Source of the DNA: Ranitomeya imitator
Lineage: Eukaryota
Assembly (NCBI RefSeq): GCF_032444005.1
Contig: NC_091289.1
Location: forward strand, 53,692,001-53,756,000
Direction of reading: 5' to 3'
DNA: 64,000 nucleotides
Under the pieces are notes generated by a model that saw only the letters and a list, made by a program, of their open reading frames with translations, did not search any database and was not told the DNA's origin. The position numbers and the translations under genes are program-made. Of this stretch, positions 25,840-37,302 are shown piece by piece (position 1 is the first letter of the stretch; each line of letters opens with the position of its first letter).

Positions 25840-26270
25840 AGAGCCAAGGGCGGAGACGCTGGAGGCGGAGCCAAGAGCGGAGATGCTGGAGGCGGAGCCA
25901 AGAGCGGAGACGCTAGAGGCGGAGCCAAGAGCGGAGACGCTAGAGGCGGAGCCAAGAGCAGAGACGCTAGAGGCGGAGCCAAGAGCGGAGACGCTGGAGG
26001 CGGAGCCAAGAGCGAATACGCTGGAGGCGGAGCCAAGAGCGAATACGCTGGAGGCGGAGCCAAGAGCGAATACGCTGGAGGCGGAACCAAGAGCGGAGAC
26101 GCTAGAGGCGGAGCCAAGAGCGGAGACGCTAGAGGCGGAGCCAAGAGCGGAGATGCTAGAGGCGGAGCCAAGAGCGGAGACGCTAGAGGCGGAGCCAAGA
26201 GCGGAGACGCTAGAGGCGGAGCCAAGAGCGGAGACGCTAGAGGCGGAGCCAAGAGCAGAGACGGAGCCAA
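25840..26270. repeat. 27-bp minisatellite (GAGCCAAGAGCGGAGACGCTAGAGGCG, about 15-16 units) inside LTR B
   Basis: Direct inspection; translates to the spurious (AEPRAETLE)n ORF. Confidence 0.9.
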
Positions 26271-26709
26271 GTGCAGAAACACAGGAGGCGGAGCCAGATA
26301 GTACCGCAAAGAGCGGAGCCAGATAGAACCGCAAAGAGCAGAGCCACAGAGCAAAGCCAGAGAGTGCGAAGCAAGGTCTGAGTGCAGAGCCGCAAGAGTG
26401 CGGAGTATAAGCAGACAGAAAACACAAGGAAAGAAAGCAGGGAAGGAAGCCACAGAAAAGGAGACCAAGAAAAGACAAAGTACAGACAAGGCAATGGAAC
26501 AAGACACAAGGACAAAGACACAGGGACCAGGATATTCTGCCTCCTGGAGGGCGGACTACAAGAACAAGGCAAAAGCACAGAGAAAAGCTCAGAGGGAGTA
26601 ACTCAGAGCAAGGCCAGGCAAACTCAGCAGCTAAACACTAACTGAGCTAACACATTGCACAGGCCCAGACCACAGGGTGGAGCTGCACTATATACAGGAG
26701 GCCTCTTGG

Positions 26710-27743
26710 TGTAAGTATTCGGACAGAAATCCGAGAGTGGACCCTCTGGGTCGTGACTCTAGAGCCCCCGGGGTCGAGCGGACCAGATGGAATCACCCCC
26801 TATACAGGGAGTGTTAGGAGCAGGACCTCGGGGGAATGGAGACACAACAACTAGAGCCAAAGGGACGACCCAAAATAAAGAAGGAAACCACAGGCTATAA
26901 GGATGGCAGGGAATAATAGGAAAACAAGACTTAACTGAAAGAATGTCTGGAACATGGAACGGCAGGACTCAGCAGGAACACGGACCGGCAGGATACAACA
27001 GGAACACGGACTGGCGGGATACAGCAGGAACACGGACAGGCAGGATACAGCAGGAACACGGGCTGGCAGGACACAGCAGGAACACGGACTGGCAGGATAC
27101 AGCAGGAACACAGACTGGCAGAATACAGCAGGAACACGGACAGGCAGGATACAGCAGGAACACGGACAGGCAGGATACAGCAGGAACACGGGCTGGCAGG
27201 ACACAGCAGGAACTCAGACTGGCAGGATACAGCAGGAACACGGACTGGCAGAATACAGCAGGAACACGGACAGGCAGGATACAGCAGGAACACGGACTGG
27301 CAGAATACAGCAGGAACACGGACTGGCGGGATACAGCAGGAACACGGACAGGCAGGATACAGCAGGAACACGGGCTGGCAGGACACAGCAGGAACACGGA
27401 CTGGCAGGATACAGAGAAAAAGCAAGGACTGGGCTGAGAAAAGACACTGGTACAGGGGAGCCTAGGGCATAGGGACACTGACGGCAGACAGTGCACCTAC
27501 AAAGCAAAGGCGTCTTACCTAGGAAGACGCCGGGAAGAAATACCCGATGGGCGCCGCCATGTTGGGGCGGGGCCACCGGGTCGCGACCTCCCAGAAGGCT
27601 CAGCGACGGGGGAGACGCGACCGCGCATGCGCGAAGAGACCAGACGCCGAGAGCCGGCGAAGGAGGAGGCAGAGCGGCGCGGGACAGGATCGTGAGCGCG
27701 CCGAGGGATGGGAGAAGCCGGGTAAGTATGTGCGGGCGTGACA
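26710..27743 (-). repeat. 3' LTR of Gypsy element 2, with a 26-bp minisatellite at about 26953-27415
   Basis: Direct repeat of 31404-32437 (about 6 substitutions in the first 250 bp compared); unit GGCAGGATACAGCAGGAACACGGACT. Confidence 0.95.
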
Positions 27744-27744
27744 G

Positions 27745-30700
27745 TACCCCCCTCCTTAGTCCCCCTCCTTTTAAGGCTAGAAAGGAATCTTTTCATGATA
27801 AGGGGAGCGTTGATGTTCTCTCGGGGCTCCCAGGACCTCTCCTCAGGGCCAAATCCCTCCCAATCAATCAAAAAATAAGTTTTACCCCTAACTACTTTTT
27901 TGGCAAGAATATCTTTAACATTAAAGATTCCATCAGAAGTACAGAGCTGAGGAGAGGAAGAGGTAGCGGAGTGAAAACAATTAAAGACTGCGGGTTTAAG
28001 AAGAGACACATGGAAGGCATTGGGGATGCGCAAAGAGGCAGGTAGCTTCATCTTATAAGAGACATCATTAATGCGACTCAAGATAGGAAAAGGACCAATG
28101 TAGCGAGGACCCAGTTTGTAAGAGGGAATTTTAAGCTTGATATAGCGAGAGGAGAGCCAAACTTTATCACCCGGAGAATTCAGCCCAAGGGAGAAGAGAG
28201 ACCCAGTCATCTTGGTGTGCATTGGTGAAGTGTCGCAGATATGTAGTCAGAACTTGATTAACTCGCTCCACTTGTCCGTTGGACTGAGGGTGATAGGCGG
28301 AAGAGAAGTCCAAGTTAACCTTTAATAGACTGCAGAGAGCTCTCCAAAAACGTGAGGTAAAGTGTACTCCATGGTCTGAGACAATATGATGTGGAAAACC
28401 ATGAAGACGGAAGACTTGGTGTAAAAAGATCTTTGCCAAGTCAGGAGCGGAAGGCAGACCAGGCAAAGCGATGAAGTGAGCCATTTTAGAGAACCGATCT
28501 ACAACAACCAAGATGACAGAGCAATTCAAGGAAGAAGGTAGATCAGTGATGAAGTCCATAGCGATATGACTCCATGGAACGGAAGGCACAGGCAGAGGAT
28601 GCAGGAGACCGGAGGGAAGCTGCCTAGGGACTTTATTTTTAGCACAAGAAGGACAAGAAGCGATGAATTTGGTGACGTCTTGACGGAGAGATGGCCACCA
28701 GTAGTGCCGAGAGATAAGAGACAGTGTCTTCTTGACTCCTACATGTCCTGCAATTTTGGAGGAGTGACCCCAACGTAAAACTCTCTCCTTGTCTTGATTA
28801 GCCACCAGAGTCTTGCCAGGAGGAGTAGAAATCACTCTTAGAGGAGCAAGAGTGACGATCCTCGCAGGATCAATGATGTGAGCCGGAGAATCCTCCATGT
28901 CCTGAGGTTGAAAGGATCTCGAAAGAGCATCTGCTTTGACATTCTTATTTCCAGGTCGGAAATGAAGTTCAAACTCAAATCGTCCGAAGAATAAAGACCA
29001 TCTGGCTTGTCGTGGATTTAGTCTTTGGGCAGACTGAATATAGGCCAGATTCTTGTGGTCAGTGTAAATGATGAATGGATGAAGAGACCCTTCAAGAAGA
29101 TAACACCATTCTTCCAAGGCTAGCTTGATAGCCAATAGCTCCTTATCCCCTATAGAGTAGTTACGCTCAGGAGCGGAAAAAGTTTTAGAAAAGAAACCAC
29201 AGGTCACCAAACGTCCGGACGAAGATCTTTGCAAAAGTACTGCTCCAGCTCCAATAGAAGATGCGTCGACCTCAAGGACAAACGGTCTATTAGCATCAGG
29301 ACGATGAAGCACAGGGGCCGTAGCGAAACTTTGTTTAAGGGACAAAAAAGACTCTTCAGCCTCAGGGGTCCAAAGGCTGGAATTGACTCCCTTGCGAACT
29401 AGGGCAGAGATAGGCTTGGTCATGGAAGAAAAATGAGGAACAAATTGTCTATAGTAGTTGGCAAAGCCAAGAAAACGTTGGATTGCTTTTGTTCCAAGAG
29501 GACGAGGCCAATTCAGGACAGCAGAAACCTTCTCTGGATCCATCTCTAAGCCAGATCTTGAGACAATATACCCAAGGAAGGGAAGAGAGGACTGTTCAAA
29601 GACGCACTTTTCAATCTTAGCGAACAGATGATTCTCTCTTAGCCTTTGCAGGACTCGGCGGACATCTCGCCTGTGAGTGGAGAGATCTGGAGAGAAGATG
29701 AGGATGTCGTCAAGGTAAACCACGACTGAGGAGTAGAGAAGATCCCGAAATACATCGTTCACAAATTCCTGGAAAACCGCGGGGCGTTGCAGAGACCAAA
29801 CGGCATAACCAAGTATTTGTAGTGACCGTCACGAGTATTGAAGGCGGTCTTCCACTCATCGCCTGCACGAATACGAACCAGATTGTATGCGCCACGTAGA
29901 TCTAATTTGGTAAAGATTTGCGCACCCCGAAGACGGTCGAAGAGTTCCGGAATGAGTGGCAGAGGATATTTGTTCTTCACCGTGATGTTGTTTAGGCCTC
30001 GATAATCAATACAGGGACGGAGGGAACCGTCTTTCTTCTTCACGAAAAAAAACCCTGCTCCGGCCGGAGAAGAAGACTTGCGGATGAAACCTTTAGCAAG
30101 ATTTTCTTGAATGTACTCAGACATAGCTTGAGTCTCAGCAGGAGAGAGAGGATAGATTCTGCCCCTGGGCGGGTTAGTTCCAGGCACGAGATCTATGGGA
30201 CAATCATAGAGACGGTGAGGCGGAAGCTCCTCAGCCTCCTTCTTGTTGAAGACATCAGAAAAAGCGCTGTAGACAGAGGGTAAGGCGGGAAAGGAAGAAG
30301 AAGGAGAAGAATTAGAGGAATATCCCACAGGACGCACCAGCAGCAGACAACGTTCCCGACAAAGCTCACCCCAGCGCAAGATATTACCATTGCGCCAATC
30401 TAAAATGGGCTCGTGGCTCCGTAACCAAGGAAGACCTAAGAGCATAGGATGAGACAGACCCGCTAAAACATAAAATGCAATTCTCTCCTTGTGCAGAACC
30501 CCAACCTGAAGTTCCACCTCAAGTGTCACTTGAGTAATGGTCTCCTGTAAAGGTTTACCATCCACAGATGCTAGAATCACAGGAGCCTCTAAGGTTCTGA
30601 CTGGAACGGAGAATTTCAAAACCTCTTCCAACCTAATAAAATTCCCTGCAGCGCCCGAATCCACATACGCATCCAGAGAAACGCCCTTGCCCGCAATATG

Positions 30701-30778
30701 CAAAAGAACGGACAAAGTAAGGGGTTGAGAGGAATCACACACACCTAGGGAGGCCTCTCTTACCTGACCTAGGCGGAG
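27745..30778 (-). pseudogene. Pol of Gypsy element 2 (PR, RT, RH, IN, chromodomain) with a frameshift near 29785 and an integrase C-terminal deletion near 28172
   Basis: [34 protein letters not shown]...CPSC, DFI, QSNGQVER, then a jump to GDKVWLS...GPF and chromodomain FLIDWEGFGPEERSWEP. Confidence 0.9.
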
Positions 30779-31389
30779 GAGTTTTCCGGACGTTCAGGGC
30801 AAGAGCGCAATAAATGAGCAGCACTTCCGCAGTAAAAACATAACCCCTGAGTGCGCCTCTCTTTACGACGTTGTTCGGACATTTTAAGACGGTCCACTTG
30901 CATAGGTTCCGGTGCGGACGCCTGAGAGGAGGTTCTAGGCTGTGGACTGAGTGGCTTACGGGTGGCAGAAGAAGGACGAAGAGACCTCCGCTCGCGAGCG
31001 CGTTCTTGGAACCGAAGGTCAATACGGGTCGCTAAGGAAATTAATTCCTCCAAAACCGTAGGGGTGTCCCGACCAGCTAACTCATCCTTTATGCGCCCAG
31101 AGAGACCCCGCCAGAAAGCACCCACCAACGCCTCATTGTTCCAGCCCAAGTCAGAGGAGAGGGTGCGGAACTGAATAGCGTACTGGCCTACGGATAACGA
31201 TCCCTGATGGAGAGAGAATAGGGCTTCAGTTGTAGAGGCCAGTCGTCCAGGTTCGTCAAAGACAAGACGGAATGTCTGGAGCGTGGACAAACGAGAATCT
31301 ATAGCCTTCATAAAGGACATCATACGGGACTGATTCTCCCGCAAAAAGAGTAGCTCTTTTTGCGTAGCAGAGGCCCCAGCGGGGTCCAT
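30769..31389 (-). pseudogene. Gag of Gypsy element 2, probably internally deleted (206 aa)
   Basis: FDEPGR, LHQG..SVGQYAIQF, FWRGLS..IKDEL, PEPMQVD and CCHC knuckle CFYCGSAAHLLRSC; the N-terminal capsid segment seen in element 1 is absent. Confidence 0.85.
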
Positions 31390-31403
31390 GGCCTTTTGCT
31401 TCC

Positions 31404-32437
31404 TGTAAGTATTCGGACAGAAATCCGAGCGTGGACCCTCTGGGTCGTGACTCTAAAGCCCCCGGGGTCGAGCGGACCAGATGAAATCACCCCCTATACA
31501 GGGAGTGTTAGGAGCAGGACCTCGGGGGAATGGAGACACAACAGCTAGAGCCAAAGGGACGACCCAAAATAAAGAAGGAAACCACAGGCTATAAGGATGG
31601 CAGGGAATAATAGGAAAACAAGACTTAACTGAATGAATGTCTGGAACACGGAACGGCAGGACTCAGCAGGAACACGGACCGGCAGGATACAACAGGAACA
31701 CGGACTGGCGGGATACAGCAGGAACACGGACAGGCAGGATACAGCAGGAACACGGGCTGGCAGGACACAGCAGGAACACGGACTGGCAGGATACAGCAGG
31801 AACACGGACTGGCAGAATACAGCAGGAACATGGACAGGCAGGATACAGCAGGAACACGGACAGGCAGGATACAGCAGGAACACGGGCTGGCAGGACACAG
31901 CAGGAACTCGGACTGGCAGGATACAGCAGGAACACGGACTGGCAGAATACAGCAGGAACACGGACAGGCAGGATACAGCAGGAACACGGACTGGCAGAAT
32001 ACAGCAGGAACACGGACTGGCGGGATACAGCAGGAACACGGACAGGCAGGATACAGCAGGAACACGGGCTGGCAGGACACAGCAGGAACACAGACTGGCA
32101 GGATACAGAGACAAAGCAAGGACTGGGCTGAGAAAAGACACTGGTACAGGGGAGCCTAGGGCATAGGGACACTGACGGCAGACAGTGCACCTACAAAGCA
32201 AAGGCGTCTTACCTAGGAAGATGCCGGGAAGAAATACCCGATGGGCGCCGCCATGTCGGGGCGAAGCCACCGGGTCGCGACCTCCCAGAAGGCTCAGCGA
32301 CGGGGGAGACGCGACCGCGCATGCGCGAAGAGACCAGACGCCGAGAGCCGGCGAAGGAGGAGGCAGAGCGGCGCGGGACAGGATCGTGAGCGCGCCGAGG
32401 GATGGGAGAAGCCGGGTAAGTATGTGCGGGCGTGACA
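31404..32437 (-). repeat. 5' LTR of Gypsy element 2
   Basis: TGTCACG...CTTACA on the - strand; the gag ATG follows 15 nt downstream. Confidence 0.95.
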
Positions 32438-33823
32438 CTTGGTAATTGGTCAGGAACTGATTGGACAGGTGCACCTGATTCCCATAAGAACCAGAGAGTT
32501 CAGGCGCCGGCCCCCTATACACATAGCCATGAGGCATGCAGAGAGCAGAGACACAGAACATGGAGCTGGCATTAAAGAGAAAGCACATCATGGCCTGGAG
32601 CAGTGGGTAAGATTGTGTGAGAGATGTGAGGCCATGCTGTGATGCCAGCAGAGTTGTTACAGCCAACAGTATCCCAGCTCAAATTAGGGGGAAAAGAGTA
32701 AAGGGTTAAAGCAAACATATGCATTGTCATGCCAAAAACCAGAAACAGACAGAATGGCATGACAGGAGAGAGTTGTAGGTGTAACTCAGGTGCTGATAAA
32801 TGGTCAAGGTGACCTTATGATCTGGGTTCATATGGAGAGATAAATATTGCTGTATGCATGATTCCCATCCCTGGACGTTTTTCAATCAAAGTGCTCTCCA
32901 TTGTTTAGCTGAATTATCTCTGTGATCAGCATAGTAAGTTTCCTCGTTAATCTTGTTTATTATGTAACTATATGCTGTATGGTTTTGTCTCCTTTGTAAA
33001 ATATTTTGTATATTTTTCTAAACACTGTTTACTGTTCTGTATTAAATACAACATTTTATAGTTTTGTTCCTTTTGTTCTGTAAACCGCACTCCAAAGCCA
33101 TACACTACCATAACCAGGCATCATTCAGCCTGTATAAAAACGACTGGTGGTGGCAGCGAGTAGTTCTTGAGTTATCATGGAGCTAGCAGTTACCTTTCCA
33201 GGGGTATATACATATTCCATGTGTTGAAATCGGAGGTGTATATACCATACTCTCACCGTTAGTTTTCCAATAACTGACCTTAGTGGAAACAGCCGTAGCC
33301 TCCTACGTTAATCGTCGGCCAATCAAGTAATTTCTGGATGATAGGAGGCAGCAGAGAGCTGTTTGTGACAAAATGATAACAGCGTGGGTGGTTCAGTTGC
33401 GGCCCCCATTTGACATAGAGATTCACAGTATGGAGTTGTCTCTTTGACTTACCAGTTGCACCTCTCACTTGACAGTGGCCCTTGTGATTTTGTGTGTCTA
33501 TGGCCTAAGAAGCATGACAGAGAGTGTAAGGAAATGGACATATTGCCCGCTGTTCCCCTTGAAGAACAAGTACAGTGGTGTGAAAAAGTGTTTGCCCCTT
33601 CCTGATTTTCCTATTCTGTTGCATGGAGATTCCCATGGGTGTCAGCTGTACATGACAGCTGACGCCCTGCATTATTGGACCCTTCCAGTTGTGCAACCGC
33701 TCGGTGCCAATTAACCCCTTAAATACCGCGGTCAATCGTGACAGGGGTATTTAAATATAGTACATAAACACGGCACTCAGTCAATAGGTGAGAAGTTGGT
33801 GCTCAAGTAGGGTATCCAACCCA

Positions 33824-33888
33824 CGAATCAATATATAACAAAAACTTGGCACTCATTGAGTGCCAAGTTTTTGTTATATATTGATTCG
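33824..33888. repeat. Perfect 32-bp-arm palindrome with 1-nt spacer
   Basis: CGAATCAATATATAACAAAAACTTGGCACTCA-T-TGAGTGCCAAGTTTTTGTTATATATTGATTCG. Confidence 0.9.
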
Positions 33889-34619
33889 AGGGGTATTTAA
33901 GTTGCTACAAGGGCTTCACAAGACCCCCTTAGTAACCATCGGATTCCGGGAATGAGAATCACGAGTCCCGTGGTTACCATGGTACCTTCAGGTCATGTGA
34001 TGACCCAGGGGTACAGTGGCCTGTGAGATCCAGCAATAAGCTGCTGAGTCTCAAAGGCTGTGTCAGTGAGACACTGACAGTCTCACACACTGCTGTACAT
34101 AGTATAGCAGTGTACGAAACAAATGATCAAAATAAAAAAAATTATACATGTCCCCCAGTGGGACAAAGTAAAAAAAAGTTAAAAGTAAAATAAAACATGT
34201 AAAAAAGTGCACACAAATCACTAAAATCCATTTTGCCACTCAAAAGGCAGCGTTTCTGATAAAACAAAAATTTACAAAAAAAGTACACATAATTGGTATC
34301 GCCGCATCCATAAAGACCCACTCTATAAAACTGGCACGTTATTCATTCTGTTTGGCGAACACCGTATAAAAATGTTTTTGAAAAGTCGCTTTTTCATTCA
34401 CAAAAAAAGTGAATAAAAATCGATCAAAAAGTCATGTAAAAAAAAAATGGTACAAAAGAAAACAACAAACCGTCCCGCTAAAAAAAAACAAGCCCTAATA
34501 TGGCTCATTTGGCAAAAAAATAAAAAAGTTACATCTCTCAGAATATGAAGATGCAAAAACAAATTCATTTGGCTAAAATATTGTTTTCAGTGTCTAAAAA
34601 TGGCCAAAAAAGAAAGAAT

Positions 34620-35760
34620 TCTTCCAGCTCCTTAAATAAAAATGAATGCTCCTTTATTTAGAAAAATGTTATGGCAGCGGAAAAAACCTAGAATCAAACA
34701 ACAGATTATGTTTATTCACCGAAAAAAAGGAGGATTCTCCTTACCCAATTTCATAAATTATTATAAAGCGGCCCAGATTGCCCAACTAACCAGAGTTTGC
34801 TCAACTGTAGATAAGCCTAGATGGGTCCAACTGGAATAATTTCTGTTGAAACCTTGCTCTCTGTCGGGCCTGCTATGGACTGAAGCTAAACTCCCTAAAC
34901 ATATCGCTGACGTCTCACCCTTCGCGGCTCAGTCACTGCTCCTCTGGAGGAAAGAGAGGTTTAAGAATGAGCTGCAAACTAGGAATACGCCACTAAATTC
35001 GTTATTTTGCAACCCGGTCTTCCCCCCGGGTCTTGATCCCCAACCCTTTTCCTGGTGGATTCTGAGAGGAATAACTACTATAAAACATCTCTGCTCCCCG
35101 TTTAATGTAATCCTATCTAAACAGGAGTTCATTCAAAAGTATGAACTGCCAGTCCGGGAAGCATTCCGTATTAATCAAATCTTTGATTTTGCTAGAAAGT
35201 GTGCACCGGGTGGGAGGCCTTTCCGAATCACTGGATTTGAACAGAAATGCTCAAGTGATCCGCTGGGAGGGGGGGGGGGTTATCTCTTGCTTATACACTT
35301 ATGAACACCATCATGATATACGAGCGTATCCAAGCGACGAGGATTGATAACTGGAACTCTTTTTTTCAAATTTGGTCGCCATGGCTGGAACTACATCCGG
35401 ATGATCAAGTGAGGTTGGCTCTTACCCTTTCTCCGTGAGTCGTCGATTCTTTTTTGACTCTGTGGTGGTCTGGGGATGCCTGATTGGGCCGGTGATGGTG
35501 TCCGACTAATATTTGTTGATATGAGAGAAGTTTTTTTTTTGTAAATTTGTGGAGCGGTTTTATAGTGTTCATGATCTTGAGCTTATCCCCTCTCGTTTCT
35601 GTCTTGTCTTTGTCCTGTCTTAATATCAACATCTCTAACCCCCAATTACAATACCATGTTATTGTTGATATGTATGTGATTTCTGTACATTCAATACTCC
35701 CATGTTGAGAGATCTATGTGATACTTTTCAAATAAAAATTTATTGAAACAAAAAAGAAAA
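34620..35760 (+). mobile_element. L1/Tx1-clade LINE 3' fragment (degenerate ORF2 C-terminal region, 3' UTR, A-rich tail)
   Basis: LW..KKPRI......KKGGFSLPNF..YYKAAQ..., NP.FPPG....F..W...GI; ends with AATAAA and an A-rich tail at about 35731-35760. Confidence 0.75.
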
Positions 35761-35815
35761 ATGTTAAAAATTCCATATGAAAATCCGGAACAATACATGA
35801 CAGATAAGCAGACAG

Positions 35816-35856
35816 AGCGACGTGTTTCGATCACAGCAGTGATCTTTGTCAGAGCT
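35816..35856 (-). ncRNA. Decayed minimal hammerhead-ribozyme-like motif (Penelope type)
   Basis: The - strand reads AGC-T-CTGACAA-A-GATCAC-tgct-GTGATC-GAAA-CACG-TC-GCT; the core and stem III changes look like CpG decay of CTGACGA and ACGCGT. Confidence 0.5.
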
Positions 35857-36195
35857 TTGAAACCAGGAGGCGCCGGACACGGACCACGATGCCCATCGGA
35901 CACGGACCGCGATGCCCATCGGACACGGACCGCGATGCCCATCGGACACGGACCGCGATGCCCATCGGACCCGGACCGCAGCAGGACTGCCCCTGGGTGA
36001 GGATAATATAACCTATCTTTCTTACCTTTCAGGTTACATCGGGGGCTTATCTACAGCGTTACAGAATGCTGTAGATAAGCCCCTGATGCCGGTGGCCTTA
36101 GCTCATATACGATTTTTGGGGTGACAGATTCCTTTTAAATTTTTGTCGAAAATCAAAAACTGAAAAGTGGGGCAATATTATTCGGCCCCTTTAAC

Positions 36196-37215
36196 TTAAT
36201 ACTTTGTTGCGCCACCTTTTGCTGCTATTACAGCTGCAAGTCGCTTGGGGTATGTCTCTATCAGTTTTGTACATCGAGAGACTGAAATTCTTGCCCATTC
36301 TTCCTTGGCAAACAGCTCGAGCTCAGTGAGGTTTGATGGAGATCGTTTGTAAACAGCAGTTTTCAGCTCTTTCCACAGATTCTCGATTGGATTGAGATCT
36401 GGACTTTGACTTGGCCATTCTAACACCTGGATACGTTTATTTGTGAACCATTCCATTGTAGATTTTGCTTTATGTTTTGGATCATTGTCTTGTTGGAAGA
36501 CAAATCTCCGTCCTAGTCTCAGTTCTTTTGCAGACTCCAACAGGTTTTCTTCAAGAATGGTCCTATATTTGGCTCCATCCATCTTCCCATCAATTTTATC
36601 CATCTTCCCTGTCCCTGCTGAAGAAAAGCAGGCCCAAACCATGATGCTGCCACCACCATGTTTGACAGTGGGGATGGTGTGTTCAGGGTGATGAGCTGTG
36701 TTGTCTTTACGCCAAACATATCGTTTGGCACTGTTGCCAAAAAGTTCGATTTTAGTTTAATCTGACCAGAGCACCTTCTTTCACATGTTTGGTGTGTCTC
36801 CTACGTGGCTTGTTGCAAACTTTAAACAACACTTTTTATGGATATCTTTGAGAAATGGCTTTCTTCTTGCCACTCTTCCATAAAGGCCAGATTTGTGCAG
36901 TGTACGACTGATTGTTGTCCTATGGACAGACTGTCCCACCTCAGCTGTAGATCTCTGCAGTTCATCCAGAGTGATCATGGGCCTCTTGGCTGCATCTCTG
37001 ATCTGTCTTCTCCTTATTTGAGATGAAAGTTTAGAGGGACGGCCGGGTCTTGGTAAATTTGCAGTGGTATGATACTCCTTCCATTTCAATATGATCGCTT
37101 GCACAGTGCTCATTGGGATGTTTAAAGTTTTGGAAATCATTTTGTATCCAAATCCGGCGTTATAATTCTCCTCATCAGTATTACGGACCTGCCTGTTGTG
37201 TTCCTTGGTCTTCAT
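36196..37215 (-). pseudogene. Tc1 DD34E transposase, 340 codons with two in-frame nonsense codons
   Basis: MKTKEH...LPRPGRP...NM*KKVLWSD*TKIELF...KHGGG...QDNDPKH...[11 protein letters not shown]...KGGATKY. Confidence 0.9.
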
Positions 37216-37302
37216 GATGCTCTCTGTGCTTCAAACAGAACCCTGAGACTATCACAGAGCAGGTGCATTTATACGGAGACTTGATTACACACAGGTGGAT
37301 TA

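Larger units (their letters stand above)
26710..32437 (-). mobile_element. Ty3/Gypsy chromovirus element 2, two LTRs, internally deleted
   Basis: 1034-bp LTRs at 26710-27743 and 31404-32437, TSD CTTGG, PPT adjacent to 27744, gag and pol remnants including a chromodomain. Confidence 0.95.
25070..32661. mobile_element. Solo LTR B (about 1.86 kb net), nested in LTR A and hosting Gypsy element 2
   Basis: TGTCACG...GTTACA termini with TSD GCCAA (25065-25069 and 32662-32666). Confidence 0.8.
23081..32764. mobile_element. Solo LTR A (about 1.65 kb net), host of nested insertions
   Basis: TGTCATG...CATGACA termini with 5-bp TSD GGAGA (23076-23080 and 32765-32769); internal GACATCAGG-type repeats. 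Confidence 0.8.

Noticed and set aside
25710-27496. Repeat-protein ORFs (AEPRAETLE)n and QQEHG.AG..., and a CRISPR-like look of the arrays
   Set aside because: The 27-bp and 26-bp units are head-to-tail with no unique spacers, lie inside LTRs, and have no cas genes nearby; the DNA is eukaryotic.
31545-32666. 373-aa ORF and overlapping ORFs across the 5' LTR
   Set aside because: Read-through of the LTR minisatellite; duplicated in the other LTR.
33280-33468. Short - strand ORF with ordinary protein-like composition
   Set aside because: No recognisable domain or convincing splice pair; insufficient support.
33572-33625. TA|CAGTGGTGTGAAAAAGTGTTTGCCCC Tc1-like left end
   Set aside because: Only about 50 bp with no matching right TIR or transposase; too small to annotate as an element.
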